Of a DNA stretch of 64,000 nt, positions 35,701 to 48,030 are shown one piece after another. The notes beneath the pieces were generated by a model. That model was not told the DNA's origin and did not search any database. It was given only the letters and a program-made list of their open reading frames with translations. The translations under genes and the position numbers were made by a program. Where the stretch lies: the NCBI GenBank assembly GCA_024679065.1, contig JAGIQG010000011.1, positions 44,950,001 through 45,014,000 of the forward strand, given 5' to 3'. Numbering within the stretch: the first letter of the stretch is position 1; each line of letters opens with the position of its first letter. This stretch comes from Sphyrna mokarran. Its lineage: Eukaryota.

Positions 35701-38142
35701 TGTCATATCCAATTTATGAAATTGCTCCTTTCATGGGCACTGGTCGAAATGATTTCATGAACTGGGCAAACACATGGTGCAGATAATAAAATATGCAATT
35801 TCAAAGTTGCTCAATTACGTAACAGTGTGAACACTGTAAATTTGGGAAAGTAAGCTTGTCTACAAAGGCACAAATGTTGGTTGGTGGAAGATGTAAAATT
35901 TAATACAAGTCTCAAAAGGACCAGTTCACATCTGCTTATTTGATTCGAAAACAGATGATGGGAGATGTGGAATTCCATAGCTGGAACTGAAAATAACATG
36001 GTATAGACTTTGTTGTACCCAGACAGAAATGTGATGGCATTCACATCTCTTGGCAAGTAATACTTAACAGTTCACTGGTGACAAGTTCATCTCTCCTTTG
36101 TTGTACCCAGATGGAAATATGATGGCATTCACACCTTTTGAAGAACCAGTATACAAGCATAGAAATCTTGGCTATCTAACATAACCCCTGAAAACACCAA
36201 AGATGGATGATGTATTGAAAGCTGTGATGTTTTGTTGTCTGTTGAATATGAGCAGAAGGTCATCGCTGAGCTCAAATATGGGAAAACTGGACAGAAACTC
36301 TCAAGAGATGAATATCATATTCTGAAAACATTTGTGCTTACATTTCTAGGTGGTGTAGGTGATATTATCAAGAACAATGCTAACTGCATGGCTTGGAGGA
36401 AGCAGTCCTACACATCATGCAACAAGCCTGAATTAAAATTGGCGACTGTGGTGAAAAAACTCGAGGAACTTTCAGAAAAATGTGCAAGCATCTCAGTTTC
36501 TAATAAGAGCACATCAGCAGTGAGACCTTTGTCTGTCAACAACTTGAACGAATGTGAACAAATAGACCTAATTTATACACAGACTGTGAAGGGCAGATAT
36601 TATCATTTCATACTGCACTACTTGACCAAGTTCCACATCATTCATCCTCTGAAATGCAAGACAGCAGCTGAGGTTGCCTATGAGTTGCTTTGCATATTTC
36701 TAAATATTGCAGCTTCACATTTTCTTCAGTCACTTAACAGAAGAGAGTTCACAGCTCTGATCATCTACACATTGGAAAGAACTGGTATTGGTCAACAGAT
36801 ATCCCAGACACCCTCAGAGTCAAGGCTCTGTGGAACATAGTGACACGAAGCTGAAACTAATTCATGGATGCCTGACAACAACTGTGATCAGTGGAGTTAC
36901 TATGTCCATTTTGTTTAGTAGGCAACAAACAGCAATAACCATGAAGCTATAAAAAAAGGTTCCTTATCAAGCACTCACTGGAAACAAATCACTGTGGAGC
37001 CTCAGATCAAAGTTCCCAGATGAGTTCCCTGACAGATTCTTCACAGTCATTGAAGAACAACAACGGGAAAGACTTTTTGAGGAGAATATGGAAAATCTTG
37101 ATCTTGACCTAGTTCCAGGACCATCCACTACTGAGTTGGCCCCATGATCTTTCAACATGAACAATCCTGAGACATCACCAAGAATATTCTCCATTATTGA
37201 CACTTAGCAGGCCTCTGAATCATCCACTGCTAATGAAAAACTTCACCCTGCCAATTAATACCAGGGCACAATAACAACAAGCCAAGCAATGGTGGCATGC
37301 AACACAAGGTTACATCAGATTGCAGGTGTTGGGAGACAATGTGGCTGTCCCAGTGTCAGCATTTGACCTCAACAAAGATGACCCACCAAATGTTATAGAT
37401 ACTGTGCTGCGAGCAGATAGGACTGGTTACACCACTGGAATAGATAGGGAGATTGTAAAAGGTAAATTTGCCTGGAATCAGTTTGAATCATGCAGTAAGT
37501 GGATTGAGTGCAGAAGACATTCTACCAGAACAACTCAACCTTTGCGAAATTGTACATGCCCAAAGTGTTTGTGGTTGGCAAGACAGTAACTGCTTATCAA
37601 GGTGATGTTCCTGCTTGAGAGCCGGTCTCCACTGCAACAATGCTTGTCACAAGCACAAGTCCTGTGACAACATTGACTAGTGCTGGCATATTAAGTACGT
37701 ATGGATTATGCTTCTGGTTTTGTAAGCATTGATGTATAAAGTATTTGAACGGATGTCATCCTGAATGAAATATAACAAATCACAAATCAATGAATTTGAA
37801 ATATTTGGATGTCATAATGTATCTGAAATGTACTCTGAATAAAGGCACATTATGCCTTTCTATGTAAATTTATGAATTGAATTATTTATTTTTGATGTAC
37901 TGTATTCTGAATCTATGCTATATCTTAATGGTTTGGATATAATTCTGAGTGAAACATAAGAGGACAGTAAAGCAAATTAAGTAAATTAAACATTCATGAA
38001 TGAAATTGTACTTTCCATTCATAAAAACTGGTCATTTCATGAACTGGACAAATTTTCCAATGCCCATTTCATGAACTGGGTGGACAAGTGTCTTTCATGA
38101 ACTGTAATGATAGACTGCCCATTTCAAGAAAGTGAAATGAAA
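35701..38142 (+). mobile_element. Decayed Ginger2/TDD-like DNA transposon (KRBA2/SCAND3-type integrase)
   Basis: ORF 36232..36840 has QIDLI...HFILHYLTKFHIIHPLKCKTAAEVAYELLCIF...LQSLNRREF. A shifted frame gives PRHPQSQGSVE (~36803-36835). ORF 37320 has GDNVAVPV...DPPNV; there is a Cys-rich end CSCLRAGLHCNNACHKHKSC (~37606-37665). TTTCATGAACTG repeats occur at both ends. Confidence 0.75.
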
Positions 38143-38748
38143 TATTAAAGAGAAAAGGGAAAAAGTTAAATAAATACAGAAAGATGCAAATACAAAGGTT
38201 CAGAGAATGAAAGATAAACAAATATAGATAGAGAGAAAGATACATAAATTACCAACATAGAAATGAGAAAGCCATTCAGTTCACCTTAGCTTATTCATCA
38301 CAGTTCCAATAATCACTCCAGATGTGTCACCACAACCACATTCACTGTCAACAAACACTTTCGTGACAACAATTGCTTCCAAAATTGTGCTGAAGTTTGT
38401 GCCTTTAGTATCAAACTTGGAAGCTCATTCTGTATTTGGTCACGTTTGTGAAGAAGAATGTCTTGCTATCAGTCCTGGAAAAGTCACTTCTTATTTTGAA
38501 TCTATGCTCCCTTGTCCATGAGCAATAGCATGGGTATTTAATAATCTGATCCATACATGTAGAATTTAACAGAACATTATATTCCTAATATTTATCCTGT
38601 GTAGGAATGAAATAAGAATCCTGTTTAATTCTCTTTATTCTATCAAGCTATGATTAAATAATAAAAAGAAACAGGTAAGTAAAACAAAAACTACAAGTAT
38701 TTATGTAAATTATGATCCCAACCCAGCAATCAAGGTGAAAAAACTTAC

Positions 38749-38846
38749 CATGATGCCAAATTTCAGGATGTCCATGAAAGTAAGAGCCTATCCCATGGCC
38801 AATGAAATAAGGACACACTTGCAGACCATTGGCATTTGCTATCTGA
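38749..38846 (-). CDS. METAP1D: Methionine aminopeptidase 1D, 98-nt exon with metal-binding HGIG motif
   Basis: Acceptor ttattacctAG. Encodes QIANANGLQVCPYFIGHGIGSYFHGHPEIWHH; donor GTAAGT. No further upstream exon was found in the window. Confidence 0.96.
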
Positions 38847-39337
38847 CTAGGTAATAACAAAAGAAATAATCAGCTTTGACATTTGTGTAGGAAGTTGGCA
38901 CAGAATACAATATTAAAACATATTTTTTATATGTTTTGTTTCCATACATCCCAGCCATAAATAGCAAAGTTTTTTCAGGCCTCTCTGTCAGTGTTGCTGG
39001 AACCTCATTATTTCTGCTCTTTATTTTGAGGGAGGAAGGGGTAAATATTGAGTAATGCTTGTTTTATTTTATTGAACCAAATCGCCAACAATTGAATGCC
39101 AATTGGGGTTTGTTACACTTACCTATCAGGGAATTTTGCAGTTGCTTAAATGATAACTATACACCAGACAGCATGGTAAATAATTGAGCTGTAGTTTATG
39201 ACTATTATCATAAGTTGGGCATCTGAAATATATGATAGCAGCATTTGCTGAACTGGATTCAGGTTCCTCCTCATTTTTTTCTCAGGAGAAAATGCATCAG
39301 TAACAAATCAGTATTCTGTTATGTGACTCTACTGAGT

Positions 39338-39620
39338 ACACGGTGGCACAGTGATTAGCACTGCTGCCTCACAGGGACTTGGGTTTGATTCTGGCCCCGG
39401 GTGATTAGGATGTGTGTGGAGTTTGCACGTTCTTCCTGCATCTGTGTGGGTTTTTTCCAGATGCTCCAGTTTCCTCCCACGGGACCAGAGATGTGCAGGT
39501 TTATATTGTTTAAAGGATTAGCAGGATAAATACATGGAGTTACGAGGATATGGCTTGGATGGGATTGTTGTTGGTGCAGGCTCGGTGAGCCAAATGGTCT
39601 CCTTCTGCACTATAGTGGTT
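39338..39620 (+). mobile_element. HE1-like V-SINE
   Basis: Same head, V-domain and GCCAAATGGTCTCCTTCTGCACT tail as the copy at 18772. Confidence 0.85.
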
Positions 39621-40839
39621 CCATAATTCAGAAATGTACTTTCTTAGAATTTAGAACACATTAATGTTCCAGTATTATATGGTAAAAAAAAATGTGTGCA
39701 AGTATTGACCCTATCTTCTGGTGTGTTAAGATTATTTGAAAATCTGTTCTATTATATGCGAAAGGTATAGGGTTTTACTTGAACCACATCCTTTCAGCAT
39801 ATCTAATTATACATTGCATATTCTGTATGTTCAGCTGAAGAATTACAGTACATTAGATATCATTGCTGTTATGATCCCAGCTGATGATGTTGCTGGACAA
39901 GTCAGACCCAAGAATGGAACCTGGCTTGGCAGATCATATTTTTACAAATGTTTTTAAACCAAGGAAGATATTTACTGAACTGATTCACTACAGTCTGCTG
40001 TTGACTTTCTAACAAAAATGTAATACATTTATTAAACAAAAAAAAGACTATATTACACTTGGAAACAAAAAGTTTGGAAAGATTTCAACACAGGCACAAA
40101 GAAAAAATAATTCAAACTCACACTATCCATTTTATCCCAGCAATATCCTTACAAACCCAAATACTCCAGTGAAGAGATACCACTATTTCGCACCAAGGGT
40201 AAAGCTGGTTCCATTGCAAAAAAGGTTTATTTTCCACTGGACTCGTAACATTCACTAGAATTTCTGCCACAATTGGTATCTTCCTTGAGATGCAGAAAAC
40301 TTACTCTAATTTCACTATTGCCTTAACTTTAGAGCAACATACACAAGTTTCTTAATTCATTTTTTCAGCAGTTTAACATCATTTTCAGTAAGAGAAGCTC
40401 TTAGATCTTTCTGTCTTCATTAATTGGAACAAAAACTGATTCTCTTTTCTCTCTTATATCTCTGTGTAGATCTTTTCTCTGATCCACTGTTGCTAGACAA
40501 CAGCAGTTTTTCCTGCATTTTGTGTTTGTTTTTACTTCCCTAAACTACTAATGGTAACCCATTTCTTCAAGAGTTGTTAAAGTTCATTAAAAAATTATGT
40601 ATACAAACATGGCCCCAGACTTGCTGCACTCAGATTTCACCTTTTTAAATTCTGAAATTTAAAAAAATTAAACTTGAAGTTAGATTCTGTTCCTAATATC
40701 CACAAATACAAATATATCTTAGTTAAAATTATATCTAATTCCGAACACTGCGTAGAACAACTTACATTTACATGCCCTAACATAACAGGATACTTCATAG
40801 AAGTGTTATAAAACAAAGTATAATACTGAGACACAAAAG

Positions 40840-43800
40840 GAGATCTTGGGTCAGATAGCCAAGCAGAAGTGCTTTGGAATAGTTAAATCTAGATAATGAA
40901 GATATGAAATGTTTCAGCAGCTGATGAAGGGATGAATTTGCATGATTTATAGAAATGGAAATAAATGGCACAAGTAATGCTGGGAGCTCATCTTGGCATT
41001 ACAGATGATGGCTAAATTGTAAACATATTGGTTTAGCCTCAGACTGTTGCCTAGGAGAAGGATGAAATCAATTACTAGGGAAAGAAGTTTGGAGCGGGGA
41101 TTGAAAACAATGGCTTCAGTGTTCTAAATATTCAATCAAAACAAATTTTTGCTCATCCAAAATAAATGTTAGATAACTAGCCCAATAATTTAGCAATAAT
41201 GGAGTTGTTGAGAGGTGGTGGTCTAGCAGAGCTGGCTGCTGTCAGCATACATGTGAAAAGTTACAGTATGGTTTTGATGATGTTACTGAAGAACAAATGC
41301 TAAATTGGAATGGGTCAGAGATAGATCCTTGTGGTGGTGATGTGGAGTGCACAGGGGAGCAGAGGTAACAGTGTGGGAGAAGGAAAAGACATTGAAAGTG
41401 ATACTCAGGCTACAGTTAAGAATAAAATCAGGTGAGAGCAATTCTGCCCAACTCAATTACAATGGAGACATCTTTGCATTCGAAAATATGTTTCAAAGGT
41501 TGCACACAGGTTGAGAACATAAGAACACAAGAACATAAGAAATAGGAGCAGGAGTAGGCAATCTAGCCCTTTGAGCCCGCCTTGCCATTCAACAAGATCA
41601 TAGCTGACCTGAAGTGGATCAGTTCCACTTTCCCGCTTTTTCCCCATAATCTTAATTCCCTCGTCTATGAGAAATCTATCTACCCGTGACTTAAATATAT
41701 TCAGCAAAGTAGCCTCCACACTTTACTGGGCAGAGAATTCCAGAGACTCACCACCCTTTGAGTGAAGAAGTTCCTCCTCAACTTCGATCTAAACTGCCTC
41801 CCCCACCCGTATTTTGAGGCTATGCCCTCTAGTTCTGCTATTCCTTCTAAGCAGGAAGAATCTCTCTACCTCTACCCTATCTAGCCCCTTCATTATCTTA
41901 CATGTCTCTATAAGATACCCCCTCAGCCTTCTAAACTCCAATGAGTACAGACCCAGTCTATTCAATCTCTCTTCATAAGCTAACCCCCTCATCTCCGATA
42001 TCAGCCTAGTGAACCTTTTCTGCACTTCCTCCAAGGCCAATATATCCTTCTACAAATGTGGCGACCAAAACTACACACAGTACTCCAGTTGTGGCCTCAC
42101 CAGTACCTTGTACAGTTGCTGCAAGACCTTTCTGCATTTATATTCTATCTCCCTTGCTATAAAGGCCAACATTCCATTCGCCTTCTTGATCACCTGCTGC
42201 ACCTACAGACTGGGTTTTTGTGATTCGTACACAAGGACCCCCAGATCCCTCTGCATCGTAACATGCTGCAGCTTTTCGCCTTTTAAATTATAATCCCTCC
42301 TACTGTTATTTCTACCAAAGTGGATAACCTCACATTCGCTAACATTATACTCCATCTGCCAGGTCCTTGCCCACTCACTCAGCCTATCCAGATCTCTCTG
42401 CAGACTTTCCCTGCCTTCCATGCAATTTGCTTTTCCACTCATCTTCATGTCATTAGCAAATTTCATTACCTTACTCTCAGCCCCCTCCTCCAGATCATCT
42501 ATGTAAATGGTAAACAGTTGAGGCCCCAGCATCTTACCCCCATATCCATGCACCCTAACCTTCTGCAGCAACATTTTGTGAGGCACCTTATCAAATGCCT
42601 TTTGGAAATCTAAAAACACCATATCCACTGGTTCCCCTCTGCCTACTGCACTAGTCACATCCTCATAGAAATCCAACAAATTCGTTAAACATGACTTCCC
42701 TTAATGAATCCACGCTGCGTCTGCTTGATCAAACCATTCTTTTCTAGGTGCTTTGCTATTTCTTCTTTGAAGATGGATTCTAACATTTTTTCAACTATAG
42801 ACATTAAATTAACCAACCTATAATTCCCTGTCTTTTGTCTGCTACCTTTTTTAAACAGCGGGGTAACATTAGCTGTTTTTCAATCTTCCGGCAGTCCAGC
42901 AAATTTTGATAAATAATCGCTAAGGCATATACTATCACCTCTGTCATTTCTTTCAGAACCCTGGGATGCATTCCATCCGGTCCTGGGGACTTGTCTACCT
43001 TCAGTCCCATTAGTCTATCAAGCACTACCTCTCTAGTGATAGTAATCGCATTAAGGACTTCATCTCCTACCATCCTTCTATGTTTAATATCCGGCAAGCT
43101 ATTTGTGTTCTCCTCTGTGAAGCCCAACACAAAAAACTTATTTAAAAGCCTCAGTCATTTCCTCATGGCCCACTGCTAAATCCCTCCTCTCGTCCTCCAA
43201 GGATCCAACATTCACTTTAGCCAGTCTCTTCTTTTTTATATATTTGTAAAAACATTTACTGTCATTTTTTATATTTAGAGCTAGTTTAGCTTCATACTCT
43301 ATCTTTCCTTTTTTTAATCACCTTCTTAGTCATTCTTCATTGTTTTTTAAATCTTTCCCAATCTTCTAATTGCCCACTATTTTTAGCTGCTCTGAATGCA
43401 TTAGCTTTTAATTTAATATCTCCTTTATTTCCTTTGATAACCATGGCTGGTTATCCCTTCTCCTACAGTCCTTCTTTACCATTGGAATATATTTCTGCTG
43501 AGTATCGAAAAAGATCTCCTTAAAAATCCTCCACTGTTCCTCAGCTGTCCTACCAAGCAATCTGCACCCCCAATCTACATTCGTCAATTCTGCTCTCATC
43601 CTAAGATACTCCTCTCTGTTCAAACAGAGGACATAGGTTCGGGACCCTACTTTCTCATCCTCCATCTGCATCAGAAATTCAACCATACTATGATTACTTG
43701 TCCCAAGAGGATCCCTCACAAGAAGATCCTTAATTCTACCTGCCTCGTTACATAGTATCAGATCTAAGATAGCTCGCTCCCTCGTAGAGAAGGGTGAGGA

Positions 43801-43935
43801 GGAATAGTTCATCGTTGTCACAGTCACATAGGAAGTTATTTGTGACTTTGATAAGAGTCATTTCAAAGTTATGGCATGGACAGAAACCTAATTGGATGGA
43901 TTCACATTCAGAGTTGAATTTATACTCTTGTTGCA
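40840..43935 (-). mobile_element. Old L2-type LINE RT fragment (~40840-41517 and 43787-43935) split by a CR1 insertion
   Basis: The minus strand GFCPCHNFEMTLIKVTNNFLCDCD...LLTLL joins NLCATFET, resembling L2 GFRxxHSTETALxKVxND...LVLLDLSAAFDT. Confidence 0.75.
41518..43786 (-). mobile_element. 5'-truncated CR1 LINE (endonuclease end, RT, 3' UTR, TTCTTATG-type tail)
   Basis: TRERAILDLILCNE, KSPGPDGMHPRVLKE, DMVFLDFQKAFDKVPH and LGLYSLEFRRLRG; tail (GAACATAA)n at 41515-41541 on +. Has frameshifts and an internal deletion near 42530. Confidence 0.93.
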
Positions 43936-45089
43936 GGTGGCCACTAGAAATGACTATCTTTGACATCCTACTTTTTTGACCTGCTCCCTAGCTCCTGAAA
44001 ATTTGACAATAGGACTTCAATATATTCTGATACTGATACATACCGTAACCTCTGGCTCACTCCTTTTTTGTTGGAGGGTGGGTAGGACAAGAGGGCTCCT
44101 CACCAGACAGTAGAAAATTTTCTTAAGATGCAAATTCTACTTTTTAAAATTTTTCAAAGTCCCTTGCTTCATGAATAAAACAAATTGATGAAGTAAATGC
44201 AATGTAATATTTTCAATGTCTAATTCTGACCTCAAAATCCACTTAAAAATCAAAAATACTGTATGAGGAATTGTGAATAATTTTAGTGTACTTTTTCCTG
44301 ATACTTTTCTTAATGAGAGGTGGCACAGAAAATTGAAAGCATTGAAAAGTAGCGAGACAGTGAATAAAGTCAGTGTTCAGGAAAGTTAGTTGACACATCA
44401 TAAATTGGGTGGGGAGAGTATTACAGAGGCAGGAGACAGTTTCATGGGAGAACTGATCTTTGAGAGGTCAAAGGCTGAAGATAGGAAAAGCAATAACATA
44501 TTGAGGAGGCTTAATGTAAATGCAGAGCTAGGAATAGTCAGGGTGTGGATTGGAGATGGAAAATGACAGCTGAAATAATTGTTCAGACAGTGTCAATTCT
44601 AGAGAAATGCATTAGCTTTTTGCATTTGCTGTTTGAAGTGAGGATGGAATAGTTGGATGAAGGGGACTTGTAGGGGGCAATCCCCTTAATGCAGTTGCTT
44701 GAAATTGTTCTCTTGGTATTTCTGCAGAAGCAATAATTTATTTAAAATAAATGTGTTCATGTTGCCATTAAAACAGTACAGACAGACATTTCAAACAAAT
44801 GCATTAAAAGTAATGATTGGAAAACTGACAGCCAGATTCTCTTGCAATTTCAGAGTGATATATTGAATGAACTTGTGACTCTGTTTTAAGTATGATGATG
44901 ATAACCCAGATCAAAACAGGCAGTAATAAAAAGGTAATTAAAACATGAGAAAATTTCCTAGGGAGATTTATTGAAGCCAAGTCTAGCCAAACTGGATATA
45001 TATGGAATAAACTATTTGGCAAGCTAGTGTCAATTTCTTTTTCTTTATTCTGCTCTGAAATATGGATGTAACTGGCATTTTTTGTCAAT

Positions 45090-45410
45090 CCCTAATTGCT
45101 ATTGACATGAGTGGCTTGCTAGGCCATTTCAGAATACAGTTAAAAGTTAACTACATTGCTGTGGTTCTGAAGTCAAATGTTGACCAGACCAGACATGAAT
45201 GGTAAATTTCCTTCCTTAAGGAACATTACTGGACCAGATGGGGTTTTACAACAATTGATAGTTGTCATGGTCAGCATTACTGAGACTAGCTCTATATTCC
45301 AGGCTTTTTAGAAATGAACTGGAATTCTACCAGCTGCCACAGTGGGATTTGAACCTATGTCCCCAGAGCATAGCCAGGGCCTGTGAATTCAGTAACATTA
45401 CCACCACACC
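45090..45410 (-). mobile_element. tRNA-headed shark SINE, family not assigned
   Basis: Minus-strand head GGTGGTAATGTTACTG...GGTTCAAATCCCACTGTGGCAGCTGG resembles Pol III A/B boxes. Confidence 0.55.
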
Positions 45411-45644
45411 ACTGAAATTTAACTAAGAAGCAGCTCAGCAAGTCTAAAGCCTGAGGAAATATTAATACTTTTCACAGATGCTGACTTTAGTTTTAAAAAA
45501 AGTGATAAAATGTCTCAGCCTGTTGAGGTCAGATTATGAAAACACATTGCATAAACTTGATTTATGTCCCCTCAGTTTAGATAATTAAGGAGTGATCTAA
45601 TAGAAATGTGTAAAATGAAGAAGAGATTTAATATGGCAGATGAT

Positions 45645-45978
45645 AGGTTAGCATTGCTATCTCAAAAGTGTCAGGGACTCGGTTCTATTCCGGCCTTGGG
45701 TGACTGTCTGTGTGACATTCTCCCTCTGTCTGCATGGATTTCCTCCAGGTGCAGCGGTTTCCTTCTGAAGTCCAAAGATATGTAACTTAGGTGGATTTGC
45801 TATGCTAAATTGCCCTATAATGTTCAAAGGTGTTTGTAGGTTAGGTGGATTAGCTATGAGAAATGCACGGGGTTAAGGAGATAATGCAAAGCGGAAGGTC
45901 TGGCAGGACAGTCTTTTTGGGAGTCAGTGCAGACTCAATGGGCTGAATGACCTCTTTATGGACTGTAGGACTTCTATG
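45645..45978 (+). mobile_element. HE1-like V-SINE inserted in a CR1 3' fragment
   Basis: GGTTAGCATTGCT...GGATTTCCTCCAGGTGCAGCGGTTTCCTT..AGTCCAAAGA; CR1-like sequence resumes on both sides. Confidence 0.75.
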
Positions 45979-46122
45979 AGGTTAAACTATTTTCTTGGGT
46001 GGACGAATCCTGGATAAGGATACATAATATTAAAATTAGATCCAGGCCACTTAGGAGTGAAATTTAGAAACATTTTCAAAAAGAATGGATGAAATCTGGA
46101 AGTCTTATCCTAAAAAAAAGTA

Positions 46123-46800
46123 AAGTTTATTTATTTGTCACAACTGGCACAGCGACAATCATCTCTCACTCAGTGCCAACAACACAAAGGGGTTTGTCAT
46201 CGAATTCAGGAAACATAGAGGAGAACATGCTTCTGTCTCCATCAACGGGGATGAAGACCTCACGCACCATGGATATTCTCTCTTCCACTTTCTTCCATCA
46301 AGAAAAAGATACAAAGTCTGAGGTCACGTACCAACCAAATCAAGATTAGCTTCTTCCCTGCTGCTATCAGACTTTTGAACGGAGCTACTTTTCGTTAAGT
46401 TGATATTTCTCTACACATTAGCTATAATTGTAACACTACATTCTGCACTCTCTTGTTTCCTTCTCTATGAATGGTATGTTTTTGTCTGTATAGCACATAA
46501 GATACAATGCTTTTCACTATATGTTAATACATGTGACAATAATAAATCAAATCAAATTTACTGTGAAAATCCCTTATTCACCAAACTCTAGTGCCTGTTC
46601 AGGTACACAGAAAGAGAATTTACTATGGCCTATCTACCTAATGTGCACATCTTTGAACCGTGGAAGAAACCGTAGCGCCTGAGGAAACCCATATAAACAG
46701 GAGGAGAATGTGCAAACTCCACATGGACAATGACCCAAACTGGGAATTGAACCCGGGTTCCTGATGCTGTGAGGCAACAGTGCTTACCACTGCACTATCC
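46123..46800 (-). mobile_element. V-SINE (-) interrupted by a Rex/Babar fragment (+, ~46144-46557)
   Basis: V-domain complement GGAAACCCA...GAGAATGTGCAAACTCCACA at 46683-46723, head near 46790, tail at 46123-46143. The insert resembles 2010-2908 and ends GTGACAATAATAAATCAAATCAAA. Confidence 0.75.
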
Positions 46801-47669
46801 TAACTGTTGTTGGTCGATAAAATAGCAGAGAAATTTAAGATCAGGGATTGGATGCCACAATGAACAATTGAAGACTTAAATCAGGGACTTCTATTGTTGT
46901 GACATGGTTAGATACCAATAGTTCACTATCTCATGCTATGATGGAAACTATTGTACATTCATGATATCAAATGAGTAGACCTTCACAGGATTAGAGGAGA
47001 ACCTTGCATAAAGAATATCTGTTCTTAAAAACGTGGCTTTTTTCTTTACAGTCTTCTCTTAAAGGTGTTGATTTATCCACTGGTACCTAAGCCAAATGGC
47101 CATCATTCAAATCTGAGCTTCAGAGTGAGTGCTGGCCAACTATTCCTCATTGAACGCATCTGTTCCATTCACAAGGTAGACGAATACATGCTTACAGTGA
47201 CTAACTTATACCCAAGAATACCTAGGTTTACTCTTGCTCCCTAATTCCAGCGCACTGAGTCAATTGTTGAAGTACTAATGGCACCTTGTTGAGATCTATA
47301 ATTCAGCAAAGTTTGGGAACAGAAGGCTGCAGTTTTAAGACATAAAACATGAATAGGCAAGAAAGAAAACAAAGAAGAAAGAAAAATAAATGGAAGGCAT
47401 AATATTCTTTACTTTCAGAATATTTTTAAGAATATTTCCACTTACACAGCTTTTCCCTATGAGGAATAGTAGCAAAATGGTGGAAGGATTCCTGAGCCGA
47501 TTATCAGCCCATTGAACCACGTTATGAACATTCCTTTCATGGCTAACAAATCCTGGTTTGGACTTGAACCCAGAGCTTCTGATCCAGAGGTAGAGATACT
47601 ATCACTGTGCCACAGGACCTCTTACATTTTCCATGAACCCAAAATATACAAAAATACTTTAAATCCAAT

Positions 47670-48030
47670 GAAGTACTTTTGCAGTGCAATCACAGTTATA
47701 TTGTGGAAAATGCAAGTGCCAATTGGGACAGTTGGCTCCCACAAATAGCAATGAAGTAAATGATCCGATCAGTTATTTCAGTTCTTGGCTAAGGGATAAA
47801 TAATGGCTAGAATGCCAAAACAATACCAGAGCTATTCTTTTAATGGTACCAAGGCTTTTTTATGTCCACCTGAGAACTCCAAAGAGGCCTCAGTTTAACG
47901 CAGCACCTAACAGTGCAGCACACCCTTAACACTACACATGGAGTATCAGCCAAAATGATGCACTCAAGTCTCTGGAATGATACTTGAACGCACAACCTTC
48001 TCTCACAGAACTGATGCTACTAATGAGCAC
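47670..48030 (-). mobile_element. DeuSINE (SacSINE1/AmnSINE1-related)
   Basis: The minus strand has a tRNA-like head, then GTGCTGCACTGTTAGGTGC..CGTTAAACTGAGGCC...CTCAGGTGGACATAAAA...ATTTATCCCT, resembling the Deu domain. Confidence 0.7.

Noticed and set aside
36232-37680. Intact domesticated KRBA2/SCAND3-like gene
   Set aside because: It has frameshifts, internal stops and has lost the second catalytic Asp.
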